Assembly: GCA_964584035.1 (NCBI GenBank) | Contig: CAZOYL010000011.1 | Location: forward strand, 1-34,449 | Length of the DNA stretch: 34,449 nucleotides | Direction of reading: 5' to 3' | Source: an uncultured Gemmatimonadota bacterium | GTDB taxonomy: Bacteria; SM23-81 | Shown: piece by piece, positions 7,147-16,595 of the stretch | Numbering within the stretch: the first letter of the stretch is position 1 | Layout of the letters: every line of letters begins with the position of its first letter | Made by a program: the position numbers and the translations under genes | Notes under the pieces: generated by a model | The model's database searches: none | What the model was told of the DNA's origin: nothing | Seen by the model: only the letters and a program-made list of their open reading frames with translations

Positions 7147-10020
7147 ATGCCGTTCTCCAAAAGGCTGGTTGTGCTGCTCGTTCTGGCCTCCGCACTGGTG
7201 TTGATGCCGTACACGGAGACACTGGCTCAGTTCTACTTCGGAAAGAACAAGATCCAGTACACCGATTTTCAATGGCGGGTGATGAAGACCGATCACTTCG
7301 AGGTGTACTTCTATGCCGAGGAAGCGGAGCTGGCCGAGGTCGCCGTAGCCATGGCCGAACAGGCCTATCAGGAATTGTCGGCTCGTTTCCACCAGTCCCT
7401 CAGCAAACCGATCCCTCTGATTCTCTACAGCGCTCACAATTATTTTCAACAGACCAATACCATTCCCTATATGCTGCCCGAAGGCGTCGGCGGTTTCATG
7501 GAGTTTTACAAGGGCCGGGTGGTGTTGCCTTTCGATGGTTCTTATGCCCGTCTGGAACATGTTATCCGCCACGAGCTGGTTCACGTTTTCACGCTGGCCA
7601 AGATCCGCACGGTGCTCCGGGATCACGAGAAGTTCCAATATCATATGCCGCCGCTGTGGATGCTGGAGGGTTTGGCCGAGTACTGGTCGACCGACTGGGA
7701 TGCCCAGGCCGAGATGATCATGCGTGATGCCGTTATCTCCGGGCACCTGGTTTCCCTTGAACAGATGTATCGCATCAACGGAACCTTTCAGATGTACAAG
7801 GAGGGCCAGTCGGCACTCGACTTCATCGCCAGGCGGTATGGCGAGGACAAGATACTGAGTCTGTTCGAGAATTGGTGGAAGGAAAAAACGTTCGCCCGGG
7901 TTCTGGAATCGACCCTCGGACAGTCCCTGCAAGAGGTAGACCGGCAATGGCGTTACAGCCTGAAGAAGCGGTATTATCCGTTGATGCAGGATCACGATAT
8001 GCCCAGGCAGATCGCCGAACAGCTCACCTTTCAGGGGTCCAACGTCAAACCGGCCATCTGCGGCCGGGATGTCTTCGGCCGGGAGGCGATCGTCTTCATG
8101 ACCGACCGGATGGGCTATGAGGCCGTCTATCTGCTGACGTCCGCAGAAGGCGACAGCACGGAGCGCCGCCTCATTCGCGGAGAACGAAGCTCCCAGTTCG
8201 AGTCTCTGCATCTGCTTCGCAGCAAGCTGGCCGTCTCCAGCGAAGGGCTGCTGGCCTTTGTCTCCAAATCCCAGGAGACCGATGTGCTTCATATCTGGGA
8301 TCTGGAGAGCGACCGGATCGTCCGGACCTTCCAGTTCGCCGATCTCATCTCTCTGTCATCTCCCGCCTGGTCGCCGGATGGGAGCCGGCTGGTCTTTTCG
8401 GCAGCCGACCGGCGAGGACACGTCGATCTCTACCTGGTGGACGCCGACGGTGAACAGCTGAAGCCGTTAACCGACGACCTTTACGATGACCGGGAACCCA
8501 GCTGGTCGCCGGACGGTCAGCGGATCGCCTTCAGTTCCGACCGGTCTTCGTGGGGGCGGGACGGATTTCGCAACCTCTATCTCTATCATCTGGACCGCGA
8601 CTGCATCGAGCCCCTCACCGCAGGACCGCACAATGATTATGCTCCCAGCTGGTCGCCGGACGGGCACCGGATCGCTTTCTCCTCCGATCGCGAGCAGGTT
8701 TTCAACCTCTATATCCAGGATATCGACGCACCGCCGCAGCAGGCCCGACGGATCACCAACATTCTTACGGGGGCCTTCGATCCGGCCTGGATGCCGGACG
8801 GCCGCAGCCTCATTTTCTCGGCCTTCTCCGAGGGCCGTTCTCAGCTCTATCGCCTGGAGGTGCCGGATTCTCTGGAATCGAGCCCGCCGGTTCTGGTTTC
8901 CCCGGCCCGGAACCCGGATTCGCTGAAGTCCGGCCCGCCGGTCCTGGCCTCCTCGGAAGAGGACGGCTGGAGGCCGGAGAAGCTTTCCGCCCAGCAGGCT
9001 TCGGCCCTGGGAAAATACCGAAAAAGGCTCTCTCTGGACATCGCTCAGAGCGCCATCTCCTATGACCCCGTCTTCGGCGTGGGCGGGGGATTTCAGATGG
9101 CCCTGACGGACATGCTGGGCGACCATCAGTATTATTTTCTGATCAACAACACGGCCAGTGACCGCCGTGACTTTCTCTCCAGCTTCAACTTCGGATTCAG
9201 CTATTTCAATTTATCGGGGCGCACCAATTACGGCGGCGGGGCCTTTCATTTCGTGGATGACTATTATGATGATTATTACGGCTGGTATTATGAACGCCAG
9301 TATGGTGGATTCATCACCCTGAGTCATCCTTTTTCGAAGTATCACCGCGCCGAGACGAGCACGCTGCTGAAAAAATCAGATAAGGAGAACTACGACACTG
9401 GAAAAAGCCGGTCCACCATCCTCTCATCGCACTATCTCTCGCTGATCAAGGACACCTCTCTGTGGGGGCCGGTCGGCCCCGTGGACGGTTCCCGGATGAA
9501 ACTGAGCCTGGGGCTGACCTGGGAGCCGAAAACCGGCCGGGTCTTCAATCGCGTCCTGATGATCGACCTGCGGCACTATTTTCGCCTCAGCCGGCGCATC
9601 TGTCATGGCGTTCGATTGGCCGGCCGGGTCAGTCAGGGGCTGGAGCCCCAGATCTTCTATATGGGCGGCAGCTGGGACATGCGGGGTTATGACCGGCGCC
9701 ACTTCATGGGTCGTAAGATGCTGCTGGTCAACAATGAGCTGCGCCTGCCGGTTATCGATAATCTGCTGGTGGGATTTCCCTTCGGTGACCTGGAGCTGCA
9801 GGCCATTCGCGGCGCTCTGTTCTTCGATCTCGGCCAGGCCTGGAACGAAGACCTGCCTCTCAGGGACGAGTTGTTGGGGCTGCAGGGTTCCTTTGGTCTG
9901 GGCCTCAGGGCCAGGGTGGGATATTTCACCGTGCTGCGTCTGGATTTTGCCAAGCAGACCGATTTCAACACCATTTTTCCGCAGACCAAGGTACAGTTCT
10001 GGTTCGGGTGGAATTATTGA
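7147..10020 (+). CDS. Omp85/BamA-TamA family outer-membrane protein with N-terminal HEXXH zinc-peptidase (MA-like) domain and TolB-like PD40 beta-propeller
   Basis: Signal peptide then QFYFGKNKIQY; HELVH...EGLAEY gluzincin motif; repeated xPxWSPDG units; C-terminal barrel with MRGYD (VRGF/Y-like loop 6), FFDLGQAW and terminal FWFGWNY beta-signal. No POTRA-like region recognised. Confidence 0.85.
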   Translation: MPFSKRLVVLLVLASALVLMPYTETLAQFYFGKNKIQYTDFQWRVMKTDHFEVYFYAEEAELAEVAVAMAEQAYQELSARFHQSLSKPIPLILYSAHNYFQQTNTIPYMLPEGVGGFMEFYKGRVVLPFDGSYARLEHVIRHELVHVFTLAKIRTVLRDHEKFQYHMPPLWMLEGLAEYWSTDWDAQAEMIMRDAVISGHLVSLEQMYRINGTFQMYKEGQSALDFIARRYGEDKILSLFENWWKEKTFARVLESTLGQSLQEVDRQWRYSLKKRYYPLMQDHDMPRQIAEQLTFQGSNVKPAICGRDVFGREAIVFMTDRMGYEAVYLLTSAEGDSTERRLIRGERSSQFESLHLLRSKLAVSSEGLLAFVSKSQETDVLHIWDLESDRIVRTFQFADLISLSSPAWSPDGSRLVFSAADRRGHVDLYLVDADGEQLKPLTDDLYDDREPSWSPDGQRIAFSSDRSSWGRDGFRNLYLYHLDRDCIEPLTAGPHNDYAPSWSPDGHRIAFSSDREQVFNLYIQDIDAPPQQARRITNILTGAFDPAWMPDGRSLIFSAFSEGRSQLYRLEVPDSLESSPPVLVSPARNPDSLKSGPPVLASSEEDGWRPEKLSAQQASALGKYRKRLSLDIAQSAISYDPVFGVGGGFQMALTDMLGDHQYYFLINNTASDRRDFLSSFNFGFSYFNLSGRTNYGGGAFHFVDDYYDDYYGWYYERQYGGFITLSHPFSKYHRAETSTLLKKSDKENYDTGKSRSTILSSHYLSLIKDTSLWGPVGPVDGSRMKLSLGLTWEPKTGRVFNRVLMIDLRHYFRLSRRICHGVRLAGRVSQGLEPQIFYMGGSWDMRGYDRRHFMGRKMLLVNNELRLPVIDNLLVGFPFGDLELQAIRGALFFDLGQAWNEDLPLRDELLGLQGSFGLGLRARVGYFTVLRLDFAKQTDFNTIFPQTKVQFWFGWNY
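8863..8956 (+). repeat. Imperfect 51-nt-period in-frame duplication in the Omp85-fusion linker
   Basis: PDSLESSPPVLVSP / PDSLKSGPPVLASS; DNA copies start at 8863 and 8914. Confidence 0.8.
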
Positions 10021-11210
10021 AAAAACAACTCCCCATCTTTCTGCCGGCCTGCCTGTGGCTGGTCGTCATGCTGTTCGGCTTCTCCTGCCGCTCGCGCCTG
10101 TCGCTGCCCGGCGAGCTTTCTGACCGCCGGGATTGGATCTTGACCGCCGGATCAGCAGGCCGCCGGGGTTCTTCCTCCGAGCGGCTGGCGTTTCCCCTGG
10201 AGCTTCGCTGGCAAGCCCCCGCCAGGGGTCCCATCGTGGCTTCTCCAACCGTGATCGGCGAGCTCATCTGCGTGGGAACACTGGGCCGGCGATTCTCTTT
10301 CTTCTCGGCCCTCGACGGCCGGCGATACGATACCATGAAGACCGATGCGGGTGTTTCCGCCACCGCCGCCTTCGGGGAGGGAACCATTTTCCTGGCCACC
10401 GAGTCGGGGGAGGGGATCGTTCGTGCTCTGGATTTTGAACAGGGAGATATCCGCTGGGAGACGGCCGTCGGCGATGTTTCCGCCGCGCTGACCTATTTTC
10501 AAGGAAAGATTTTGGTGAGCACCAACCAGGGGCGGCTGCGCTGCCTGGCGGCCGAGGATGGCTCCCGGATCTGGCAGTTCTCCACCCGGGGGATGAAGAG
10601 TACGGCGGTGACCGTGACCGGCGGCATGGCCGTTTGCGGTTGTGATGATGGCTATCTCTATGCGCTGGGTATAGACGACGGCGGGGAACGTTGGAGCCGT
10701 AAGGTGGAAGGAGCCGTCTGGGCGGCGCCGGTCGCCGATGACGGCCGCGTTTACGCGGGTACCTTTGGGGGATATCTCTATTGTCTGGCAGCCGACGATG
10801 GAGCCATTATCTGGCGCCGAGATCTGGAGGGAAGCATTACCCAATCGCCGGCCCTGGGACTTGAAGCGGTTTTTGCGGGAACCGATCGGGGGGTGATGCT
10901 GGCTGTGGATCGGCGCGATGGACAGCTACGGTGGAGATACCAACTTTCGGATGCACGCCCGGGCGATCCTGCGGCGACCGGCGATGCACTGTTGGTCGGC
11001 GACAGTGACGGCCGACTGATGGCCCTAGACATCAACGACGGCACTCTAATGTGGAGCTATCAGACCGGTCGAGCCATCGTGTCGGCTCCGGTCCTGTGGC
11101 AGGGCCGGCTGTACGTCGGCTCCATGGACGGTCACCTGTATGCCTTTGCCCCCGCTGATTCAGGGGCGGCAGCGAATACATCGGATCGGATCGCGCCGTC
11201 CGGCCGGTGA
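10017..11210 (+). CDS. BamB-like PQQ-repeat beta-propeller lipoprotein
   Basis: TTG start overlaps the upstream stop (TTGA; alternative GTG 10008). MKKQ-hydrophobic-FGFSC lipobox-like signal. Repeated PQQ units such as LYALGIDDGGERW and LMALDINDGTLMWSY. Confidence 0.8.
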   Translation: MKKQLPIFLPACLWLVVMLFGFSCRSRLSLPGELSDRRDWILTAGSAGRRGSSSERLAFPLELRWQAPARGPIVASPTVIGELICVGTLGRRFSFFSALDGRRYDTMKTDAGVSATAAFGEGTIFLATESGEGIVRALDFEQGDIRWETAVGDVSAALTYFQGKILVSTNQGRLRCLAAEDGSRIWQFSTRGMKSTAVTVTGGMAVCGCDDGYLYALGIDDGGERWSRKVEGAVWAAPVADDGRVYAGTFGGYLYCLAADDGAIIWRRDLEGSITQSPALGLEAVFAGTDRGVMLAVDRRDGQLRWRYQLSDARPGDPAATGDALLVGDSDGRLMALDINDGTLMWSYQTGRAIVSAPVLWQGRLYVGSMDGHLYAFAPADSGAAANTSDRIAPSGR

Positions 11211-11233
11211 CGGCCGAAGAGGTCCGGCCCCGG

Positions 11234-13033
11234 CTAACCCGTGAAGAAACGATCCCGGTAATCCTTGATGTCGGCCCCGGCGCGAATGCTTTCGAACCAG
11301 TCGGTATAGGCTTGGTTTTGCTTCTGCCGCAGCAGGTCGATTTTCAGCGTCTCTTTCTGTCCCGCGAAGCTTTCCATGTCGGCCTCTTCCCGGGCGACGA
11401 CCTCGAGGAAGTAGAATCCGCGGCTGGTTTCCACCAAGCCACTGATGCCGCCCTCCGACAGGCCGAAGGCGGTTCCCACGAATTCATTCATCTGCCCGAT
11501 ACCGGGAACATAATCCCGGCGAGAGAACATCTCGGTATTTTCCAGGGTCACGGCCGCCAGAGAGGCCGCCGGGCCGAGACCATCCGTTTCGCTGAGGATC
11601 TTACCGAAATCTTCAGCTCGCTTCCTGGCCTCTTCGCGTTGTTTTTCCCGCTTCAAGCCGGCCCGGACTCGGTCGGCGATCTCCTCCAGGGGAGGAACGC
11701 TGGCCTCCTGACGCTCCCGCAGAGAGATCAGGTAGACACCGGTCTCGTTCTCGAACGGTCCTCCGGTGACCCCAGGTTTCTCTGAGAAGGCGTACAGAAC
11801 GGCATCGCTGGCCCGGCCCAATCCGGGCACAAAACTGCTGCCTTCCCGGAAGAACCCTGTTTGTTTGACCTCCAGCCCGAGCTCCTCGGCGGCCTTCGAC
11901 AGACCGTCCTGCTCGGCTCGCTGGGCCAGTTCGTCGATCCGTTCTGATATGGCTTCCAGCGTCGCCGGTCCCGGAACAACCTTCAACAGAATATGACGGG
12001 CTCGCAGCTGCTCTTCCCCGGCGACCCGTTTTTTCTCCTCGACCTTGATGATGTGCCAGCCGAAAGCGCTGCGGACCGGTTCGGAGATCTCTCCTTCGGC
12101 CAGGCTGAATGCCGTTGCCTCGAAGACACTATCCATCACTCCCCGACCGAAGAATCCCAGATCGCCGCCCTGCTGAGCGGTGGGTCCCTGGGAGTAAACC
12201 TCAGCCAGCTCGGCGAAATCCTCGCCGGACAGGATCCGCTCGCGAATGAGATTCAGCTCCGATCGAGTGCTGTCCTCATCCGCGGGTTCCGGTGTTTTTT
12301 CGATGGAAACGTAATCGAGATTGGCCTGCGGCGGTTGCAGGAAATCCTCCTGGTGTTCATGGTAATACCGTTTCATGTCTTCCTGGCTGAAATCGGCATC
12401 ATCGATGGAGAACTGCCCCGGCTGAAAGCCCACATAACGAACCTGGACCTTTTCATTATTCTTTTTGAAGTCCTCCAGGACTTCACCATCGGTGACCCGA
12501 ACAGTGGCCGTAATGAGGTTTTGCAGTTTCTGCATGGGGATGATGCTTCGGAACTGGTTTTCCAGGGGACGCCAGTCATATCTCGGATCGGCCAGCACTT
12601 GAGCATATTTCTGGGGATCAAAGCGCCCGTCGGTCTGCAGGGCTTCGTTGTTCATGATATAGGGGGGGGGATTGTTCCTGATATAATGAATCAGCTCCTC
12701 GTCGGTCACGGTGATGTTTCGCTTTTTTATTTCCTCCGCCAGGAGGATCTGGTTGACGATCTGATTCCAGGTCTCATCCCGCAGCCGGCGGAAGGTTTCC
12801 AGATCCACTTGTTCGTCCGTGCGCTCCTGGGTCTGGGTATACAGGTTCTGGAAAGAGCGGTAGAATTGTTGATAGGAGATCTTCTGCCCATTGATCACGC
12901 CAATGGTGTCCGCTCCGCTCTGGCGTCTCCCGGTGACGTTCATTCCCCAGGCGAAAATGATGGTGCCCATAAAGGCGACCAGGATGATCCACAGGATGAT
13001 TTTCGTGTTCTGACGCATCGCTTTCAGCATCAT
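11234..13033 (-). CDS. PpiD/SurA-like membrane-anchored periplasmic chaperone with parvulin PPIase domain
   Basis: N-terminal TM helix, SurA_N-like region, rotamase motif FAELAEVYSQGPTAQQGGDLGFFGRG...SEPVRSAFGWHIIKV. SD AAGGAG upstream; the second ATG (13030) may be the true start. Confidence 0.88.
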   Translation of the reverse strand: MMLKAMRQNTKIILWIILVAFMGTIIFAWGMNVTGRRQSGADTIGVINGQKISYQQFYRSFQNLYTQTQERTDEQVDLETFRRLRDETWNQIVNQILLAEEIKKRNITVTDEELIHYIRNNPPPYIMNNEALQTDGRFDPQKYAQVLADPRYDWRPLENQFRSIIPMQKLQNLITATVRVTDGEVLEDFKKNNEKVQVRYVGFQPGQFSIDDADFSQEDMKRYYHEHQEDFLQPPQANLDYVSIEKTPEPADEDSTRSELNLIRERILSGEDFAELAEVYSQGPTAQQGGDLGFFGRGVMDSVFEATAFSLAEGEISEPVRSAFGWHIIKVEEKKRVAGEEQLRARHILLKVVPGPATLEAISERIDELAQRAEQDGLSKAAEELGLEVKQTGFFREGSSFVPGLGRASDAVLYAFSEKPGVTGGPFENETGVYLISLRERQEASVPPLEEIADRVRAGLKREKQREEARKRAEDFGKILSETDGLGPAASLAAVTLENTEMFSRRDYVPGIGQMNEFVGTAFGLSEGGISGLVETSRGFYFLEVVAREEADMESFAGQKETLKIDLLRQKQNQAYTDWFESIRAGADIKDYRDRFFTG

Positions 13034-13094
13034 GGAGCTCCTTGATGAAGCGTTATGGTTTCCAAACTGGAATGATCATTGCTACAATTGTGCT

Positions 13095-13123
13095 AAATTA
13101 CGAAATAAAGGTTCTCCAGGCAA
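13095..13123 (-). promoter_or_regulatory. Possible sigma70 promoter for the PpiD-like gene
   Basis: Minus strand TTGCCT, 17-nt spacer, TAATTT. Confidence 0.4.
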
Positions 13124-13178
13124 GGAAATTTTCCGAACCAGGGGTTGCGGAAAAAATTCAGGTACAAGAAAAAAATCC

Positions 13179-13206
13179 TTGACAATGGAGGAAAAAGGCA
13201 TAGATT
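13179..13206 (+). promoter_or_regulatory. sigma70-type promoter for the TBDR operon
   Basis: A-rich UP-like tract, TTGACA (13179-13184), 16-nt spacer, TAGATT (13201-13206). Confidence 0.6.
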
Positions 13207-13539
13207 TCTAGTGGTTCGCTCACGGGAGCCATACCAGATACTGTATCTGACCTGATTCACACCTCAGGATCTTTTACGGTATATTTTCGGAACGGCCCGT
13301 AAAAGGAAGAGGGCTGGTTTATCGTTTCCGTTTTTTATCGAAGAACATCAGGAAGATCTATATTCTTGGGTCTTAGCAGCCCGGTGTGTCACAATACTTG
13401 GGTTCGCAGTCAAACGAAAAGAATGTATCAGAAGAAGGGGGTGATGTTGATCAGAACCTAATGACTGGGTATTCGTGGGAGCACCCACGTCGTGGCCGTC
13501 GCATCAGGCGGTGGTCTAATATTTAAGGAGGGTTTTCTC

Positions 13540-16521
13540 ATGTTTCGTAAATGTGTCCCATTAGCAAGTGTCCTCGCCATCACCCTGATGTTGCCCTGTT
13601 TGGTACTGGCCGGTGATACGGGAAAAATCATGGGCACCGTCAGGGACTCTCGTACCGACGCCCCCATGGTTGGTGCCAATGTGATTCTCCAGGGCACCAT
13701 GCTGGGCGCGGCCACCGACATGGATGGTCAGTACCTCATCCTGAACGTGCCGCCGGGCAGTTACACCATGGCGGTCAGCGTGGTCGGGTACAAGACGACA
13801 CAGACAGAAAACGTGATTGTGAATATCGACTTGACCACTATTCAGGATGTCCGGCTGGAGGAAACCGTGCTGGAGGGGCAGATCGTGGTGGTCACAGCTG
13901 CCCGTCCTCTGGTGGAGCGGAGTGCCACCAATGCCACTCGCGTGCTCCGCCTGGAGGATTTTCAGAATCTGCCCATGAGGGATTACTCCGAGGTGGTGGC
14001 CACCCAGCCGGGAGTCATCGCCGTCGGAAATGCCCTGCACGTTCGCGGCGGGCGTGAAGATGAGATCGCCTATTATGTGGACGGAGTGTACATCAACGAC
14101 CTGCGCACCGGCGAGCGGATGGGCGATGTGCCGATCAACTCGGTGGAGGAGATCTCCTATCAGGCCGGCGGGTTCAGCGCCGAGTATGGCTTCGCCAATT
14201 CCGGGGTGGTGAGCACATCGACCAAGACCGGGCGGTCAAAATACAACATCAATGGAGAGGTCGTCACCGACAGCTGGCTGAGCCGGGAAGAGGAAAACCT
14301 GGGCGCCTATTCCTACGGCTACAATGTCTACAACATGGGTCTCAGCGGCCCGGTTCCGGGAGTGGGAGACAAACTGAAGTTTTTCTTCACCGGCGAGCGG
14401 CGCTTTATGCAGGATCGCCGGCCCTCGGTGGGCCAGCACCCGGTGCTGATCACCGACACCACCGAGGTGGCCACCATCACCACCAAGGAGGGCCCGCTGC
14501 CCCACAATTCCCAGGGAGAGTGGCTGCTCAACGGCAATATGATGCTGGATCTGCGGCCGCTGCAATTTAAAGTGGGCGGTCACTACTGGGACACCGATTA
14601 CAAAGAATACTCTCAGTATCGTTCACTCCAGGACGCGGCCATGCTGCATTACCCCACGGATGAGGAGTTTTCCCACTCCATCTACGGGAAGATCACCCAC
14701 GCCGTCAACCCCAACACCTTTTACACGGCCACCCTCAGCTATCACCAGCACGGCACCGAGCGGAGCGATGGCGTCCTGGGCCGCAATATCCCGGACTACG
14801 GCGATCTTACTGACTGGAACGAGAACGATCTGACCGTCCCCTTCCTGGTCCTGGACGGAACCAATCCCGGATCTCCGTACCGCTTCGGTTCCGGCGTATT
14901 CGACTCCATCAGCGTGTATGACGACTACTACCTGAACCGGTCCAATTCGCTGGGAGCCAAGTTCGACCTGACCGCTCAGCTGCTGGATATCCACGAGTGG
15001 AAGTTCGGCTTCGAGTACCGCTACAACACCCTGCGGCGCTACTCGGTGACCCGGCCGATGCAGATCGCCGGCACCCTGGGCGACAATCCGCCGGAGGATG
15101 CGGAAGATGTCCGGGCCGCCTACCGGTCCGGCTACACCGATAACTTCGGCTACCCGATCTATTTCGGTGACATGGGCAAGGGACCGGTCGATCCGGACGC
15201 CACCCTGGACAGCGGCGACGATGGAGCCAAGCACCCCCTGATCGCCTCGGCCTATCTGCAGGATAAGCTGGAGATCTCGGACCTGGTGCTCAACATCGGC
15301 CTGCGCTGGGACATGATGGACGCCAATGATCTGCGGCTCGAGGATCCCTATGACGTCGCCGCGGCCATGGAGGGAGGCTTCATCATACCGGATAAACTGG
15401 TGGCCACCGAGGCCAAGCACAACTTCAGCCCCCGGGTCGGCATCGGCTTCCCGGTCACCGACCGGACCGTCTTCCACGCCCAGTATGGTCGTTTCGTCCA
15501 GCAGCCGCAGTTCGAGTTCCTGTATACCGGCTGGGATTACCTGGCCGGCCAGATCGAGAACGGCAACCAGGTGGACATCGGCAACCCGGATCTGGAGCCC
15601 ACTAAAACCACCCAGTATGAGATCGGGCTCAGCCAGCAGGTGGGTGAGAACGGCGCTCTGGACATCTCCGCTTTCTACAAAGAGATCCGCGATCTGGTGG
15701 TGTTACGGAACCGCTACAATGCGATTCCCAATACCTATGCGCAGTATCAAAATGGCGACTACGGCTCGGTCAAGGGCCTCAGCCTCAACTTCGACATGCG
15801 CCGCACGGAACGAGTGGCCGCCCACCTCAGCTACACCCTGCAGTTCGCCGGCGGCACCGGTTCGACCTCGGGCGGTAATTTCTACGTCACCTGGATCAGC
15901 CAGGGGACAGAGTACTATCCCACCTATGTGGCGCCCCTGGACTTCGATCAGCGGCACACCGGCTCGATCAACCTGGACATCCGCACCAAGGCCGATGACG
16001 GTCCCATGCTGATGAACGGCCATCCTCTGGGCAACATGGGCATAAACCTCTACTGGTCGTTCGGGTCGGGACTGCCCTACACTCCCAAGCGGGTCGGCGA
16101 CACCATTTTCCAGGCCCGGTTCAGCACCGCTTTTCCGGTGGCCGCGATCAACTCGGCCTACACCGACTGGACCCAGCAGCTGGACATGAAAATGGACAAA
16201 TCCATGACGGTGGCCGGAGTCACCTTCGATGCCTATCTCTGGGTGATCAACCTGCTGGGAACGGACAATCCCTTCAACCGGAAATGGGACCGCTTCAACT
16301 ACGGCGCCGATATCGGCCACACCGACTACAACGGCATCTTCGAGGCCACCGGTTCCGCTTCGGACAATGGCTGGCTGGCCACTCCGGAGGGGCAGAGCTG
16401 GGTGGCCAACAATGGCGGCGAGCCGGCCGCAGAGCTCTATAGCGCTTTTATCAATCATCCTTATAACTGGGGAACGCCCAGGCAGATCCGTCTGGGCTTG
16501 CGCTTCGATTTCAATCCTTGA
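13540..16521 (+). CDS. TonB-dependent receptor with N-terminal carboxypeptidase-regulatory-like domain
   Basis: Signal peptide; GKIMGTVRD..GANV..GAATDMDGQY; plug LHVRGGR..EIAYYVDG and GGFSAEYG; barrel motifs YLQDKLE, FSPRVG, GNPDLEP; C-terminal PRQIRLGLRFDF. SD AAGGAGG, ATG 13540. Confidence 0.93.
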   Translation: MFRKCVPLASVLAITLMLPCLVLAGDTGKIMGTVRDSRTDAPMVGANVILQGTMLGAATDMDGQYLILNVPPGSYTMAVSVVGYKTTQTENVIVNIDLTTIQDVRLEETVLEGQIVVVTAARPLVERSATNATRVLRLEDFQNLPMRDYSEVVATQPGVIAVGNALHVRGGREDEIAYYVDGVYINDLRTGERMGDVPINSVEEISYQAGGFSAEYGFANSGVVSTSTKTGRSKYNINGEVVTDSWLSREEENLGAYSYGYNVYNMGLSGPVPGVGDKLKFFFTGERRFMQDRRPSVGQHPVLITDTTEVATITTKEGPLPHNSQGEWLLNGNMMLDLRPLQFKVGGHYWDTDYKEYSQYRSLQDAAMLHYPTDEEFSHSIYGKITHAVNPNTFYTATLSYHQHGTERSDGVLGRNIPDYGDLTDWNENDLTVPFLVLDGTNPGSPYRFGSGVFDSISVYDDYYLNRSNSLGAKFDLTAQLLDIHEWKFGFEYRYNTLRRYSVTRPMQIAGTLGDNPPEDAEDVRAAYRSGYTDNFGYPIYFGDMGKGPVDPDATLDSGDDGAKHPLIASAYLQDKLEISDLVLNIGLRWDMMDANDLRLEDPYDVAAAMEGGFIIPDKLVATEAKHNFSPRVGIGFPVTDRTVFHAQYGRFVQQPQFEFLYTGWDYLAGQIENGNQVDIGNPDLEPTKTTQYEIGLSQQVGENGALDISAFYKEIRDLVVLRNRYNAIPNTYAQYQNGDYGSVKGLSLNFDMRRTERVAAHLSYTLQFAGGTGSTSGGNFYVTWISQGTEYYPTYVAPLDFDQRHTGSINLDIRTKADDGPMLMNGHPLGNMGINLYWSFGSGLPYTPKRVGDTIFQARFSTAFPVAAINSAYTDWTQQLDMKMDKSMTVAGVTFDAYLWVINLLGTDNPFNRKWDRFNYGADIGHTDYNGIFEATGSASDNGWLATPEGQSWVANNGGEPAAELYSAFINHPYNWGTPRQIRLGLRFDFNP

Positions 16522-16595
16522 TCGGGCACGAAAAGAGATGTCGGATCGAAACGCATGAACGGTTGTTCCTTATTTCCAGACGAGGAGGAAACATT

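Noticed and set aside
8350..8800. Repeated TGGTCGCCGGA-like DNA as a CRISPR or DGR-type repeat
   Set aside because: The repeats encode the WSPDG motif of PD40 propeller blades inside a CDS. There are no spacers, cas genes or reverse transcriptase.
13207..13539. Cobalamin, TPP or c-di-GMP riboswitch ahead of the TBDR
   Set aside because: Hallmark motifs (B12 box GCCACTG/GGGAAG, TPP CTGAGA, GEMM GCAAAC..GAAA) were not found by eye. An Rfam scan would be decisive.
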